From NCBI GenBank assembly GCA_035518095.1, contig DATIXX010000056.1, forward strand, positions 16,063 through 80,062: DNA of 64,000 nucleotides. Reading direction: 5' to 3'. The translations under genes were made by a program, and so were the position numbers. The notes beneath the pieces were generated by a model, which worked only from the letters and a program-made list of their open reading frames with translations, was not told the origin of the DNA and did not search any database. Below are positions 28,829-38,709 of this stretch, in pieces (position 1 is the first letter of the stretch; every line of letters begins with the position of its first letter). Source of the stretch: Burkholderiales bacterium. Lineage in GTDB: Bacteria; Pseudomonadota; Gammaproteobacteria; Burkholderiales; JAHFRG01.

Positions 28829-29941
28829 TTATGGAGTAACAGCAAAACTTCTCCCGAAAATGGTCAGAGTAGCTGACGCGGGATTGTTAAGGGTGTAGGT
28901 GACGTAGCTTTCCCAATTGGGAAACCAGGCAGGCAGGCCGGCGAGCGCACCGCCACAGTCCGGAATGGTGTCTTGCGAGGGAATGTACCCAGTAACCGAT
29001 CCGCTGACGCATTCACCATCCGGATTTGGTGCGGCAAAAGGGTAGGACAGTGTTGATGAATAATATTGGTTAAGCGCCTTCTTAAGCTCGCCCGCAACGC
29101 GCGTGGCAATTGCAATCCGGTATTGGTCGCGGGTGACGAATAGCAGCTGGTCGTCAAACTGATTGGATCCGGCCGGAACTTTTGCGGTGTCTGCGGCGCT
29201 TACAAACCCGAGCGTGACATCCCAATTGCTGTATGTTGTCCCGCCGATCGTGAAATTATCCAGAAAATTGCTTGCAGCCGGCGCCGGCCCCGAGCGATCC
29301 TGCCCGGGTTCGATTGCGCCCGGCGACAGCACAACGAAAGCAACCAGGTTACTCAATACGGCGCCATTTGCATCGCGAACGGTGAGCCAACCCGTGGTCG
29401 TAGCATCGCTTAAGTTCGCTGCAATATTCGGCAACGGATCTGTAAAGCCCCGGACAAGATTTCCGGATACTGCATACCACAAATTTTCTCCGGTACCATC
29501 GACGTTGTCCAAATTAATTGTCGCCTGAGGATTCTGACAGGGGCTCTTTTCCCCTATATATGGAAGCTCGCCGAGCAACAACGCCGGGTTACCTGAGGTA
29601 GGCGGGCAGTCACTATAGCCATTGTAATCACCATCCGCATTGCGATCGGGATAAGGTAGCAAACCGGGATCGTCGGGATGGCTGATTGCCCAACCGATCA
29701 ACGCATCCTTTGCCTGTGCCAACGCGCGCGCGGTTTTGTTATCGTTTTGAATCGCGAGAGCGGTCGGACTTGAAAAATCAACAATGAGCCCGACGACCAC
29801 CGCGACGATCAATACCAAAAGGACAAACAAGGCCTGACCGCTCTCCCGCCGGATGCGAATCGAACCGGGCGCTTGCGAGAGTGAGTCATCAGTACTGATT
29901 TTGGAGGGGTTTCTGTGTCGATGGATTTGTGGATTGCTCAT
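28829..29941 (-). CDS. PilX/GspK-like pilus-associated protein (non-canonical pilin N-terminus)
   Basis: 370 aa. RRESGQALFVLLVLIVAVVVGL hydrophobic N-terminus without G|FTLIE. Shares the ALIG[WY]A...LP[CY]PD and FDD motifs with the downstream pilin-like gene. Confidence 0.65.
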   Translation of the reverse strand: MSNPQIHRHRNPSKISTDDSLSQAPGSIRIRRESGQALFVLLVLIVAVVVGLIVDFSSPTALAIQNDNKTARALAQAKDALIGWAISHPDDPGLLPYPDRNADGDYNGYSDCPPTSGNPALLLGELPYIGEKSPCQNPQATINLDNVDGTGENLWYAVSGNLVRGFTDPLPNIAANLSDATTTGWLTVRDANGAVLSNLVAFVVLSPGAIEPGQDRSGPAPAASNFLDNFTIGGTTYSNWDVTLGFVSAADTAKVPAGSNQFDDQLLFVTRDQYRIAIATRVAGELKKALNQYYSSTLSYPFAAPNPDGECVSGSVTGYIPSQDTIPDCGGALAGLPAWFPNWESYVTYTLNNPASATLTIFGRSFAVTP

Positions 29942-30491
29942 CGGGCTGTGGAGATGGTTCCGAGCCGTTCGCTTCCTGAGAGGAAATACCGGGGTCTGGT
30001 TTTTCAGGGGAGCGCGGCGGGTTCGCTAAGACTTTCTGCTGTTCATTCTGCGCCGATGGCGCTGTTTTTTTACGGACTACAGGGGGTGGAGGAGGTATTT
30101 GATAGCTTTCTTGAATATGCCCGTTCGTCGCATCGAGATTTTGACCGACTTTCACATCTACGTTACGCGTAGATTGCGGTAACCGCAACGTGACGCTGGC
30201 ATTATCCGCACTGCGGCCGATGATTTTTATTCCATTAGCTGTATGTTTTTGGCTGACCGGTTGATTATTGATCCAGATTGTCGATTCGCCGTCGCTGCGC
30301 TTGATCACGCCGTTGACACTGATGTTCTCTGGAGTCGCTGGTGCCTCGGGCTCGACGTTGATTTGGATTTTCTGTCGTCTGGCATTATCAAGTGTGGCGC
30401 GTTGCTCAGGCGTATAGAACAAACGCCCCAAAGGCTCTGCCGCGGAGCCGCAAAGCGGCAGCATCAATAAAATAAGCGCCGCCCATCTCAT
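29889..30491 (-). CDS. Secreted pilus-biogenesis protein (MshK/PilP-position)
   Basis: Signal peptide MRWAALILLMLPLCGSAAE, a small beta-rich core and a Pro/Gln/Ser-rich tail. ATGA coupling to the upstream gene. Assignment is by position only. Confidence 0.55.
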   Translation of the reverse strand: MRWAALILLMLPLCGSAAEPLGRLFYTPEQRATLDNARRQKIQINVEPEAPATPENISVNGVIKRSDGESTIWINNQPVSQKHTANGIKIIGRSADNASVTLRLPQSTRNVDVKVGQNLDATNGHIQESYQIPPPPPVVRKKTAPSAQNEQQKVLANPPRSPEKPDPGISSQEANGSEPSPQPDEQSTNPSTQKPLQNQY

Positions 30492-31102
30492 TGTTTACTC
30501 CCCGTTGAATCAGCAGGCCGCAGGGTAATCCAGGTAAGATCGCATTCGGCCTGCAAATTGGGCTGCAATCGGATTGCGGTCATATTGTTGTCCAGTCGCT
30601 CAATCTTACATTGGTCGAGATGGAACAGACCGACGTTTTTTGTCGCGAGGATATTGAAAAAGCGCATCAAATCTCCCTCATGCAACAAGCGAAAATTAAG
30701 CTTCATCAGCGACTGCTGTAATGTAAGATTGCCGGGATTGTACGCGGCGGCGAGAGTGTATGGGTGCTGCGCACCGATCTGATACGCGACCCCGTACAGT
30801 TCCGCTTGCTGGTTGGCAATGCGCAATCCGTCGAGCCAGTTGATGCGCGCCTCAGTGCCGATGAAGCCTTGTTTCTCCAACCGCAGATAGTCGGGCAAAT
30901 AATGATTGATCAGTTCCTTCTCATCTCCTGATTTCTGGTAACGGACGCGCGCTTCGCCCAGCTGATATTGCTGTTGTTGCAGTTGCTGGAGCGCGAGCTC
31001 GGCCATATGCTTGGTGTAATAGACCAGTGCAGCGCCCGCGACCAACACAACAAGCAGTACCGTAAGCGGGATGCGCAGCGCGCGCAGGTCCGACGATTTC
31101 AT
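30488..31102 (-). CDS. PilO/MshJ-like inner-membrane pilus assembly protein
   Basis: 204 aa. Single TM, then a coiled coil (ELALQQLQQQQYQLGEARV) and a globular domain. ATGA coupling on both sides. Confidence 0.6.
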   Translation of the reverse strand: MKSSDLRALRIPLTVLLVVLVAGAALVYYTKHMAELALQQLQQQQYQLGEARVRYQKSGDEKELINHYLPDYLRLEKQGFIGTEARINWLDGLRIANQQAELYGVAYQIGAQHPYTLAAAYNPGNLTLQQSLMKLNFRLLHEGDLMRFFNILATKNVGLFHLDQCKIERLDNNMTAIRLQPNLQAECDLTWITLRPADSTGSKQ

Positions 31103-32631
31103 GATTCCTGCCTCAAGGATAACTCGACTTTGAAAGGCGCCGTCGAAGATTGCTCCCGGCTGTCGGTGGTGTTGCCGCTCAAGCTGGTTCCCGGATTAAT
31201 GTTGAGTGGTAGTTGTATCACGTTTACTTGCGCGACATTCTTGTCTTGTCTAAGTTTTTCTGCGAAGCGGTTGATTCTGGCCATCGCAGCGCGGTAATCG
31301 CCGTTGAAGGGCCTGATTTCCGCCTCAATAAGGCCGCTTTGCGTATTTGCGGCGATCCCTTGCGCCGGCGCCGAATCTTCCACCTTCCCCTCTTTGCCGT
31401 ATTTCCAGACAATGCTTTTCAGCATCACATCGGGACTTGAGTCAAGCGCGTGGCTGATCACTCCAAACATGAGTTCGGGTGTGCGACCTTCTTTCTTGAT
31501 TTTTTCAGCGGTCTCGACGGCGTTTCTTAGGTTTTCTGCTGAAGTCGGAGCAGCCGGAAATTGCTTTGTCACTTCCAGATATTGCGCTTGCTGCTGCTCG
31601 GTTTGCTGCGCCGTTATCATGGCTTGCTTCCGGGAATCGTATTGCTGATAGAGATTATTCCCGCACCACAAGACCGCCACAAAAGCCGCTAAGGCACTGG
31701 CCGCGTATATATTGCGGCGCGCTTGGTAGAGCCAGAAAAGATGAGTTTTTTCGGCGGGCGCAAGGTTTATAGGTTTCAGCTCGCCGACCATCTGCAAGTA
31801 CACCACGTCGGGAGAGACTTGCAGCAGCTCCGGCGCTAAGCCCATTTTGACTACAATCTCGTCGCGTCCAAAATGCTGGTAAATAATATTCGATTGCAAT
31901 TTAGCCAGCTCTTTTCCGAGACCGACGAGCGTTGCACGCTGATCCAGGATGACGACCAGGAGGGGCTCATCCAGGGGCAGTATTTTGACTGCAGCAAGGT
32001 ACAGGCGCGTGTTGCTGATTTCCTCGGCGTAATCGGCCACGCCTGATTCATCCGGAATATTTTCCAGCTGTGTAAGGCGGCTGATGCGCAATTTCTGGTC
32101 CTGGAAAAAAGTCTGCCGGAGCCCGGCGCCGTTTTGCGTCACCAGAAGCAAGCTGTTGATGTTGCCGAGCCCGAATTTCTTGAGGAGACTCTTACTGGCC
32201 ATCGGCAGCAGGTACACGCCTGCCAACGGTGCACGCTGCGCTTCAATGACATTGAGCCAGCCGGCAATCAGATCCGGATTAGTCAAAGCCGCGAACAGAT
32301 AGCGATCGTCGCGCCGCTTGTCAGTCTCGCGACCTTGCGGCCAGGCTCTGCAATAAGGGTTGTTGCGGTACAGTTGTCTGAGCTTGCGGGAAACCAATTC
32401 CCTGCGGTCGCGGCCCATGCTGTGAGGCAGGCTTTCGAAGCGGTAATCCTCTTCGACAACGTCTACCAAGATGTGCACCAATATTCCCGAACTACCCTGC
32501 AGGAAGGCGCTAAACGCAGACCAGCCGCTCTGATCGTTGGGGAATACTCGGACTACCGTTAGCTTGCCGGCGTGCCAGCGGCCGACAGTGGCCGAGGTAG
32601 CGGAAACACACAATAAGAGTTTGTCGGCCAT
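31099..32631 (-). CDS. PilM/PilN-fusion-like (MshI-like) pilus assembly protein
   Basis: 510 aa. A cytoplasmic domain of about 300 aa, a central TM (IYAASALAAFVAVLWCG) and a periplasmic coiled-coil/PilN-like part. Position matches mshI. Confidence 0.6.
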   Translation of the reverse strand: MADKLLLCVSATSATVGRWHAGKLTVVRVFPNDQSGWSAFSAFLQGSSGILVHILVDVVEEDYRFESLPHSMGRDRRELVSRKLRQLYRNNPYCRAWPQGRETDKRRDDRYLFAALTNPDLIAGWLNVIEAQRAPLAGVYLLPMASKSLLKKFGLGNINSLLLVTQNGAGLRQTFFQDQKLRISRLTQLENIPDESGVADYAEEISNTRLYLAAVKILPLDEPLLVVILDQRATLVGLGKELAKLQSNIIYQHFGRDEIVVKMGLAPELLQVSPDVVYLQMVGELKPINLAPAEKTHLFWLYQARRNIYAASALAAFVAVLWCGNNLYQQYDSRKQAMITAQQTEQQQAQYLEVTKQFPAAPTSAENLRNAVETAEKIKKEGRTPELMFGVISHALDSSPDVMLKSIVWKYGKEGKVEDSAPAQGIAANTQSGLIEAEIRPFNGDYRAAMARINRFAEKLRQDKNVAQVNVIQLPLNINPGTSLSGNTTDSREQSSTAPFKVELSLRQES

Positions 32632-32640
32632 AAGGCTTGA

Positions 32641-33846
32641 TTAATATTTAAGCTTACCGAGAATATCGTACACCGGAAGCAAGGTTGCGACCATGATGGA
32701 AAGCAAAACCCCTGCCAGGATGACTGTGGTCAACGGTCCCAGCAGCTTTAAACCCTTGTCTACCGCTTCCCTGACGTCGCGATTGTAAAAATAACTAATA
32801 TTGAGCAGGGCTGTATCCAGGGCGCCCGTGGTTTCGCCGACGCGCAGCATGCGCAGCACCAGCGGCGGAAACACGCCCAGATTGCGAAACGCTTCAGTGA
32901 GGCTTTCGCCTGACCCGATTTGTTGCCCGGCGCGCTGCAGGCTGCTTACCATCACTCGGTTAGCGACGATTTCCTCGCTGGTCTTGATAGCATCCAGAAT
33001 GGTAATCCCGGACTCATACATCAATGCGAAAAAATTGGCAAAACGCGCCAAGATAATTTTTTGCAGGATCTCACCGGTAATCGGAATGTGCAGTTTCAAG
33101 TAATCCCAGGAATAGCGGGCTTTCTCGCTTTGCCGCACCGCAACGAAAAAGATCACGGCAATCACGATCGGCACTACCACCAGCAACGGCCAATAATGAA
33201 CTATCGAGTCGGACAGGAAGATCAACACGCGTGTTTGCAGCGGTAACGGCAGGCCCATGCTTTTCAACAACGATACCACTTGCGGCACCAGGCTCACCAA
33301 CAACACGATCACCACCCCGATGATGATCACTAGGACTAAGATGGGATACAGCATCAAGCGCTGCGCCTGGCCCGTCAGTTCATCTTGCCATTTCAGAGTC
33401 GTTGCAAGGTTTTCGAACACTTCTGTGAGCTTGCCGGCCTGCTCGCCCGCTTTCACCAAGCTCACGAACACATGATTGAACACCGCGGAATGCGTCGCCA
33501 GCGCCTGTGAAAGCAGTTTGCCGCCTTCCATATCCTCAAGCAATGAAGTGAGCACTTCCTTGAAGCGCGGATTTTCGATGCTGTCGCGCAGGTCGCGCAA
33601 GCCCTCCATCAGCGGAATTCCGGCGCGCGAGATTTGCTCCATGTCGAGGCAGAATGTGATGAGGTCACGGCGGGTGATGCTGCCGCGCGCCAGCGCAGAC
33701 GAACTCTTGTTGATTTGGCGGAAGGTGATGAGGTCGAGCCCCATGTGCTTTAGCCGCAGCTCGAGGTCGACCTCGTTTATCGCATTGAGGTCACCGCGTG
33801 CGGGCTTGCCGTCCTTGTCTACCGCTTTGTACTGAAAAGTGGACAT
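32641..33846 (-). CDS. Type II secretion/type IV pilus platform protein (GspF/PilC/MshG family)
   Basis: 401 aa. Duplicated T2SSF architecture with three TM segments and a MSTFQYKAVDKDGK N-terminus typical of GspF/PilC. Confidence 0.9.
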   Translation of the reverse strand: MSTFQYKAVDKDGKPARGDLNAINEVDLELRLKHMGLDLITFRQINKSSSALARGSITRRDLITFCLDMEQISRAGIPLMEGLRDLRDSIENPRFKEVLTSLLEDMEGGKLLSQALATHSAVFNHVFVSLVKAGEQAGKLTEVFENLATTLKWQDELTGQAQRLMLYPILVLVIIIGVVIVLLVSLVPQVVSLLKSMGLPLPLQTRVLIFLSDSIVHYWPLLVVVPIVIAVIFFVAVRQSEKARYSWDYLKLHIPITGEILQKIILARFANFFALMYESGITILDAIKTSEEIVANRVMVSSLQRAGQQIGSGESLTEAFRNLGVFPPLVLRMLRVGETTGALDTALLNISYFYNRDVREAVDKGLKLLGPLTTVILAGVLLSIMVATLLPVYDILGKLKY

Positions 33847-33878
33847 GTGGTTTGCGCTCCGAAGTTGCCCGTCGGCCG

Positions 33879-35582
33879 TTAAATCAATCTTCCGGTGAGA
33901 TCCACCGTGCGCGATACTTCGGCAAGGCTGGTCATGCCGTCCAGCACGCGCTGAATGCCGTCCTCAGCTAGCGTGCGGAAATTTTTTTGCAGAGCCGCAG
34001 TCTTAAGTTCCCGGGCGGTGGCGCGTCGCGCCACAAGCTCGTTCAAATCGCCGTCCATTTGCAGAATTTCCAGGAGCGCCATGCGACCCTTGTAGCCTTT
34101 GGATTGACAATGCTTGCAACCCACCGCCTTATAGATTTTAATTTTTGAATCCAGCGGCAATCGCAGCAAGTGAATTTCCTCCTGATTCGGAAAGTAAGCC
34201 TGTTTGCAGCGCGAACAAAGCAGCCGCACCAGGCGTTGCGCCAATACACCGATGACGTTGCCCGAAATGATGTCGGGCGGGATGCCGATGTCCATGAGGC
34301 GAGGAAATGCGCCCAGCGCCGAGTTGGTGTGCAAGGTGGTGAACACCTGGTGGCCGGTCATTGCTGCGCGGAACGCCATTTCCGCAGTTTCCCGGTCTCG
34401 CACTTCGCCGACCAGGATGATGTCCGGATCCTGGCGCATGATTGAACGGATACCGTTGGCGAAATCCATTTTGGCCACCTCATTAACCGAAGTCTGGCGC
34501 ATCATGGTCACTGGATATTCGACGGGGTCTTCCAACGTCATGATGTTCACGGTTTCATCATTGAGTTTGGAGAGCAGTGAATACAACATGGTGGTCTTGC
34601 CGCTTCCGGTAGGACCGGTGAGAATCAGTATACCTTCAGGCCGTGCCAGCATTGTTTCCAGCGTCGCTATCGTTTCGGACTGCAGATTCATGCGGTCCAG
34701 GTTAATGATGGATTTTTCACGGTCGAGTACGCGCAGCACGATATTCTCGCCGTAGATAGTAGGCTGCGTAGAGACGCGAAAGTCGATCGGCCGCCCGTTG
34801 AGATTGAGAGACAATCTTCCGTCCTGCGGCGCGCGGGTTTCGGCAATGTTCATTCCAGAGATCACTTTGAGCCGCACTGCAATTCCAGGCCAGTAGGTCT
34901 TGTGCAGGCTGCGCACTTGCTCCAGCACGCCGTCGACGCGGTAACGGATGCGCAAAAAAGCGTATTCCGGCTCAAAGTGAACATCCGATGCACCCCGTTT
35001 TACTGCGTCCACGAGCAAGGCACCAACCAGCCGAACGATGGGTTGAGTGTACTCGTCGCCGGCCATTTGCAGGCTTTGATAATCGATTTCCCCGGTTTCG
35101 ATTTCCTCCAATATGCCGTCCACCGATAGCTCGAATCCATAGAAACGGTCTATGCTTTCCTCGAGCTGTGCCTCGCCGGCGAGCAGCGTCTTGATTTCAA
35201 TCTGCGTACCCAAAAAGGCGCGCAACTGGTCCAGCGCGACCACATTGAAAATTTCGCTAACCCCAACCGTGAGAATTTTAGTATCCGCGTTGTAGGCAAT
35301 TGGCAGCATGCGATAGCGCCGGGCAAAATCCTGGGGTATCAGCTTGAGCGCTTCGGCATCCGCAACAACTTGTGAAAGGTCGATGCTCTCCTGGCCGATT
35401 GTGCGCGCCATCAGGTCGCGGATTACCGCTTCGCTGACAAAGCCCAACTTCACCAGCTGCCGGCCTATCGGGATTTTTTCGTGCTTTTGCTGGGTTAAGG
35501 CAATGCGCAGCTGGTCAAGACTTATCAGGCCTTGCTGAATGAGCAGCTCGCCGAGGCGCAGTTTTTTACGCTGCTCTGCCAC
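33879..35582 (-). CDS. MshE-type GspE-family secretion ATPase with N-terminal MshEN (c-di-GMP-binding) domain
   Basis: GTG start. RLGELLIQQGLISLDQLRIALTQQ motif, Walker A GPTGSGKTT, Asp/His boxes and a tetra-Cys CSRC...CKHC. Confidence 0.92.
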   Translation of the reverse strand: MAEQRKKLRLGELLIQQGLISLDQLRIALTQQKHEKIPIGRQLVKLGFVSEAVIRDLMARTIGQESIDLSQVVADAEALKLIPQDFARRYRMLPIAYNADTKILTVGVSEIFNVVALDQLRAFLGTQIEIKTLLAGEAQLEESIDRFYGFELSVDGILEEIETGEIDYQSLQMAGDEYTQPIVRLVGALLVDAVKRGASDVHFEPEYAFLRIRYRVDGVLEQVRSLHKTYWPGIAVRLKVISGMNIAETRAPQDGRLSLNLNGRPIDFRVSTQPTIYGENIVLRVLDREKSIINLDRMNLQSETIATLETMLARPEGILILTGPTGSGKTTMLYSLLSKLNDETVNIMTLEDPVEYPVTMMRQTSVNEVAKMDFANGIRSIMRQDPDIILVGEVRDRETAEMAFRAAMTGHQVFTTLHTNSALGAFPRLMDIGIPPDIISGNVIGVLAQRLVRLLCSRCKQAYFPNQEEIHLLRLPLDSKIKIYKAVGCKHCQSKGYKGRMALLEILQMDGDLNELVARRATARELKTAALQKNFRTLAEDGIQRVLDGMTSLAEVSRTVDLTGRLI

Positions 35583-35584
35583 GC

Positions 35585-36799
35585 TTACTCCAAGGAAGAC
35601 AGTTTGCTGATGCGATTTTGCGCCAGGCTTAAATCAAAATTGGCGTGACCCTGGTCTTTGGCCAGCTGTAATGCTTGCTGATAATACTTAAGGGCCACTT
35701 TGGGTTGGCTAATGTGCTCCAGACTGACGGCCAGATTGAAGGCGTAATCGGCGTTGTCCGGCTGCAAATGAAATGCCTGCATATACGCGGACTGCGCCCC
35801 CGGCCACTGCGACTGCTCGGCGTACAAATTGCCTAAGGTAAAAAATACGAATCCCGAAGGTTCTCGCGCAAGCAGCTGCTTTAGGCGCATCTCGCTCGCT
35901 TGCGGATCATTGTGCCCAACGATTCCAAGTAGCCCGGCCTGGGCGGTCGCGTTTCTCGGGTCGACGCGGAGTACCTGCAGATAATACTGAACCGCTTTGT
36001 CAGTTTGTTTTTGTTGTTCCGCGACCGCGGCAAGCCCGAGCAATGCCTCGGTATTATTGGGATCGATCGCGAGCATTTTCTGGTACGAGTCCTGAGCGGC
36101 GTCAAGACGGTTTTGCTGAAACGCTTGGTAGGCGCTCACCAGCTGTGGTGCAACTTGCGGCGTTGCTTTGGCGGGAGTGACGGTGATGTTTTGTTGAGAA
36201 GATGCGCCTGATGGTGCCAACGGCGCCTGTTTCGTTTGCTGAGGTGCTCGGGTAGCAGAGCGCGCGCGTTGTTCGACCACCTGTTCTAGTTTTTTTTCGG
36301 GAACGTCTGCCGCCACCGGTTGTGGCCCCATTGCCGTCAGCTGCTCCGTTTTTTGTTCTTGCGCTTGAGGGGCGGCCGTTGGCTGCGGTTGCGGCTCCGG
36401 TCTTACCTGCGTTGCTGGGACGGCCGCGACTGCAGGCGGAGCCGGGGGCCGAGCGGAAGTGACGAAGACGCTCGGTTTGCTAATCGCCAAATAGACATAG
36501 ATTGCGCCGCCGATTAACAGCAATGCGGCAGCGACCCCGAGCAATACCACCGGATGACCTTTAACGAAGTCACCCACGCCGCCAGGTACTTCGGAAGCCC
36601 GCATCACGGTTGCGGCCAATTCTGGACTCGGCGGCGGTTCGGGCTCAACTTTCCATGCGGGCGTTTCCGGCTCGGTTTGCAGCGGTTGAAGGGCAAGCTC
36701 TGAAGTCATTGGTGACGCGTCCTGCGCAGGCGGAGTTTTCTCGCCAGAACTTTCGCGGTTCTGTGCGGCCTTTTGCAAGGCTTTCATCAACAGGCTCAT
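35585..36799 (-). CDS. TPR-repeat pilus biogenesis protein (MshN-like) with GspB-like N-terminus
   Basis: MSLLMKALQKAAQNRE N-terminus, a Pro/Ala/Gln-rich linker with one TM and C-terminal TPR repeats. ATGA overlap with the secretin stop. Confidence 0.7.
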   Translation of the reverse strand: MSLLMKALQKAAQNRESSGEKTPPAQDASPMTSELALQPLQTEPETPAWKVEPEPPPSPELAATVMRASEVPGGVGDFVKGHPVVLLGVAAALLLIGGAIYVYLAISKPSVFVTSARPPAPPAVAAVPATQVRPEPQPQPTAAPQAQEQKTEQLTAMGPQPVAADVPEKKLEQVVEQRARSATRAPQQTKQAPLAPSGASSQQNITVTPAKATPQVAPQLVSAYQAFQQNRLDAAQDSYQKMLAIDPNNTEALLGLAAVAEQQKQTDKAVQYYLQVLRVDPRNATAQAGLLGIVGHNDPQASEMRLKQLLAREPSGFVFFTLGNLYAEQSQWPGAQSAYMQAFHLQPDNADYAFNLAVSLEHISQPKVALKYYQQALQLAKDQGHANFDLSLAQNRISKLSSLE

Positions 36800-38613
36800 T
36801 GATTGGCGCCGGTCGTTTCAGGAGTCGGAAGAAAACGCTTGAAGAATTTCAACTGGTCGCTGTCCAGAGATGGATTGGTGATTACTGTTGGACGCAAGAA
36901 AACCAGCAGCTCTTCCTTGCTCACTAGATTATTGCGGAAATTGAACAATTCACCAATAAACGGAATTTTTGATAGACCAGGCACCGCATTGCTGTTGCGC
37001 TGCACATTATCCTGCATCAGACCCCCCAACACTACGATCTGGCCGCTGCCCACCTGCAGCACCGATTCCATCTCTTGGGTCCTGACCTGAGGCACCAGGT
37101 TCGGGATTTGCGATCTGGTGATTGTTCCTGTAACAGAATTGATTTGCGTGGTAACGAGGGCTGGATTGGGGTCTTGGACCGACGTGGGAGCGGTGGTAAT
37201 GGTCGGGCGCACAATCAGGGTAACCATTCCGTTTTCATCGATTTGCGGCGTCACGGTCATTACCAGGCCTATCGGTACTGTCTGTGCCGTAGTGTTGAAT
37301 GTCTGCTGCGTCACGGTCGTCGAGGAGGTGGAAAGTACCGCTGGCACCGCGGTAACCGAGAAATAAACCACGTTTTCCACCACCTTGAGCAGCGCAGTTT
37401 GGTTATTAAGCGCCATCAGTTTCGGGCTCGATAACACCCGCGTTTTGCCAAACTGCTCCAGCAACGAAATGGTGGCATTTATATTGGTGCTGCCGGCGAC
37501 GTTGTAAGCTACTGTAGTGAACGGGGGGGCCGCAGTACTCAGGGTACTCAGGGATTGATTAATGACCCAGTTGCCCATTTTCGAGAAATCTACGCCCCCT
37601 TGGTACTGATCACTGAGGGTGACATCAACGACGCTGGCCTCGATCAGCACTTGGCGCCGAGACGCCTCAGTTACGCCGTCGAGGTATTGTTGCACCAGCA
37701 CGTGCTGTTTCTCAGTCGCAAACACGCTTACCGTGCCTGCGACAGGGTTTACCACAATATCGTCTTTCACATCCCCAGGAAGCGCAGGTGCGGTACCGCC
37801 AAAAGCGGTGGCATAAAGCTTGTCCGCACCGGTACCGGCGTGCGCGACCGCGCCCGCTTCCTGCACGCGCTCTTCATGCTCGGTACGCAGTGCCTCGGCT
37901 CGCGCGGCTTTTTCTTCCGCCGTTGAAGTCTGCGCGCTGGTGGAACTCAATAGACTACGCAGGTTCTCTTTCAGGAGCTCCCAAAAATTATTGTTGGAAG
38001 TACTGGTAACGTTGGTGCTGGAATAGTTGCCCGAACCTGATGTCCCGCTCGACTGGGCTCCAGCGCCAGTGCTGCTGCCGGGACTGGTTCCTGCTGAGGA
38101 GATTTGTCCGGTAACGCTGTTGCTGGAAGTCGTATTGCGCGCGAGGTTGACGTAGTTCACGAAATAAGTCTTGAAATAAGGCGTATCCGGGGTGACTACC
38201 AGAGTATCGCCTTCCATTTTGTAGCGTATGTCCACCTGCCGGGATATGCGCTCGAGAATCGCTGGCAGGGTTTCGTTCACTGCGTTTAATGTCACCAGCC
38301 CCTGGATATCTGGACTTATATCTATGTTTTGCTTGGTGTCCCGAGCCAAAGCAAAAAGCAATTCCTTCGCAGGAACCTCGTTTACTACCACACTATACGT
38401 CTGCGGCTTCTCGGCCGGCTTGGGTGGGGGCACATAACCGATCGCCTTCACTGGGGCGGGAATTTCGCCCGCCTTAGGCCCTAGCGTGCCGGTAATATGG
38501 CCTTCCGACTGCGGGATCTGCGGATAATTCGACAAATTACCCGTGGCGCAACTGCCCGAAACCACGGCTAATGCCAGACAAGAAAGGAGCGCCCTTGTAT
38601 TGGAGCGTTGCAT
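36796..38613 (-). CDS. Secretin (GspD/PilQ/MshL family), probable lipoprotein
   Basis: C-terminal secretin domain (VPGLSKIPFIGELF...ELLVFLRPTVI) and a signal/lipobox-like LAVVSGSC. An alternative start lies at 38640. Confidence 0.9.
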   Translation of the reverse strand: MQRSNTRALLSCLALAVVSGSCATGNLSNYPQIPQSEGHITGTLGPKAGEIPAPVKAIGYVPPPKPAEKPQTYSVVVNEVPAKELLFALARDTKQNIDISPDIQGLVTLNAVNETLPAILERISRQVDIRYKMEGDTLVVTPDTPYFKTYFVNYVNLARNTTSSNSVTGQISSAGTSPGSSTGAGAQSSGTSGSGNYSSTNVTSTSNNNFWELLKENLRSLLSSTSAQTSTAEEKAARAEALRTEHEERVQEAGAVAHAGTGADKLYATAFGGTAPALPGDVKDDIVVNPVAGTVSVFATEKQHVLVQQYLDGVTEASRRQVLIEASVVDVTLSDQYQGGVDFSKMGNWVINQSLSTLSTAAPPFTTVAYNVAGSTNINATISLLEQFGKTRVLSSPKLMALNNQTALLKVVENVVYFSVTAVPAVLSTSSTTVTQQTFNTTAQTVPIGLVMTVTPQIDENGMVTLIVRPTITTAPTSVQDPNPALVTTQINSVTGTITRSQIPNLVPQVRTQEMESVLQVGSGQIVVLGGLMQDNVQRNSNAVPGLSKIPFIGELFNFRNNLVSKEELLVFLRPTVITNPSLDSDQLKFFKRFLPTPETTGANQ

Positions 38614-38709
38614 CTTTACCCTACCCTGAAAAGGCGACATGTTATTCGCAACAATTTCTAATCATAGCACTATCTTATTACAAGTTCTGTAAGGTATTTG
38701 GCAATTATT

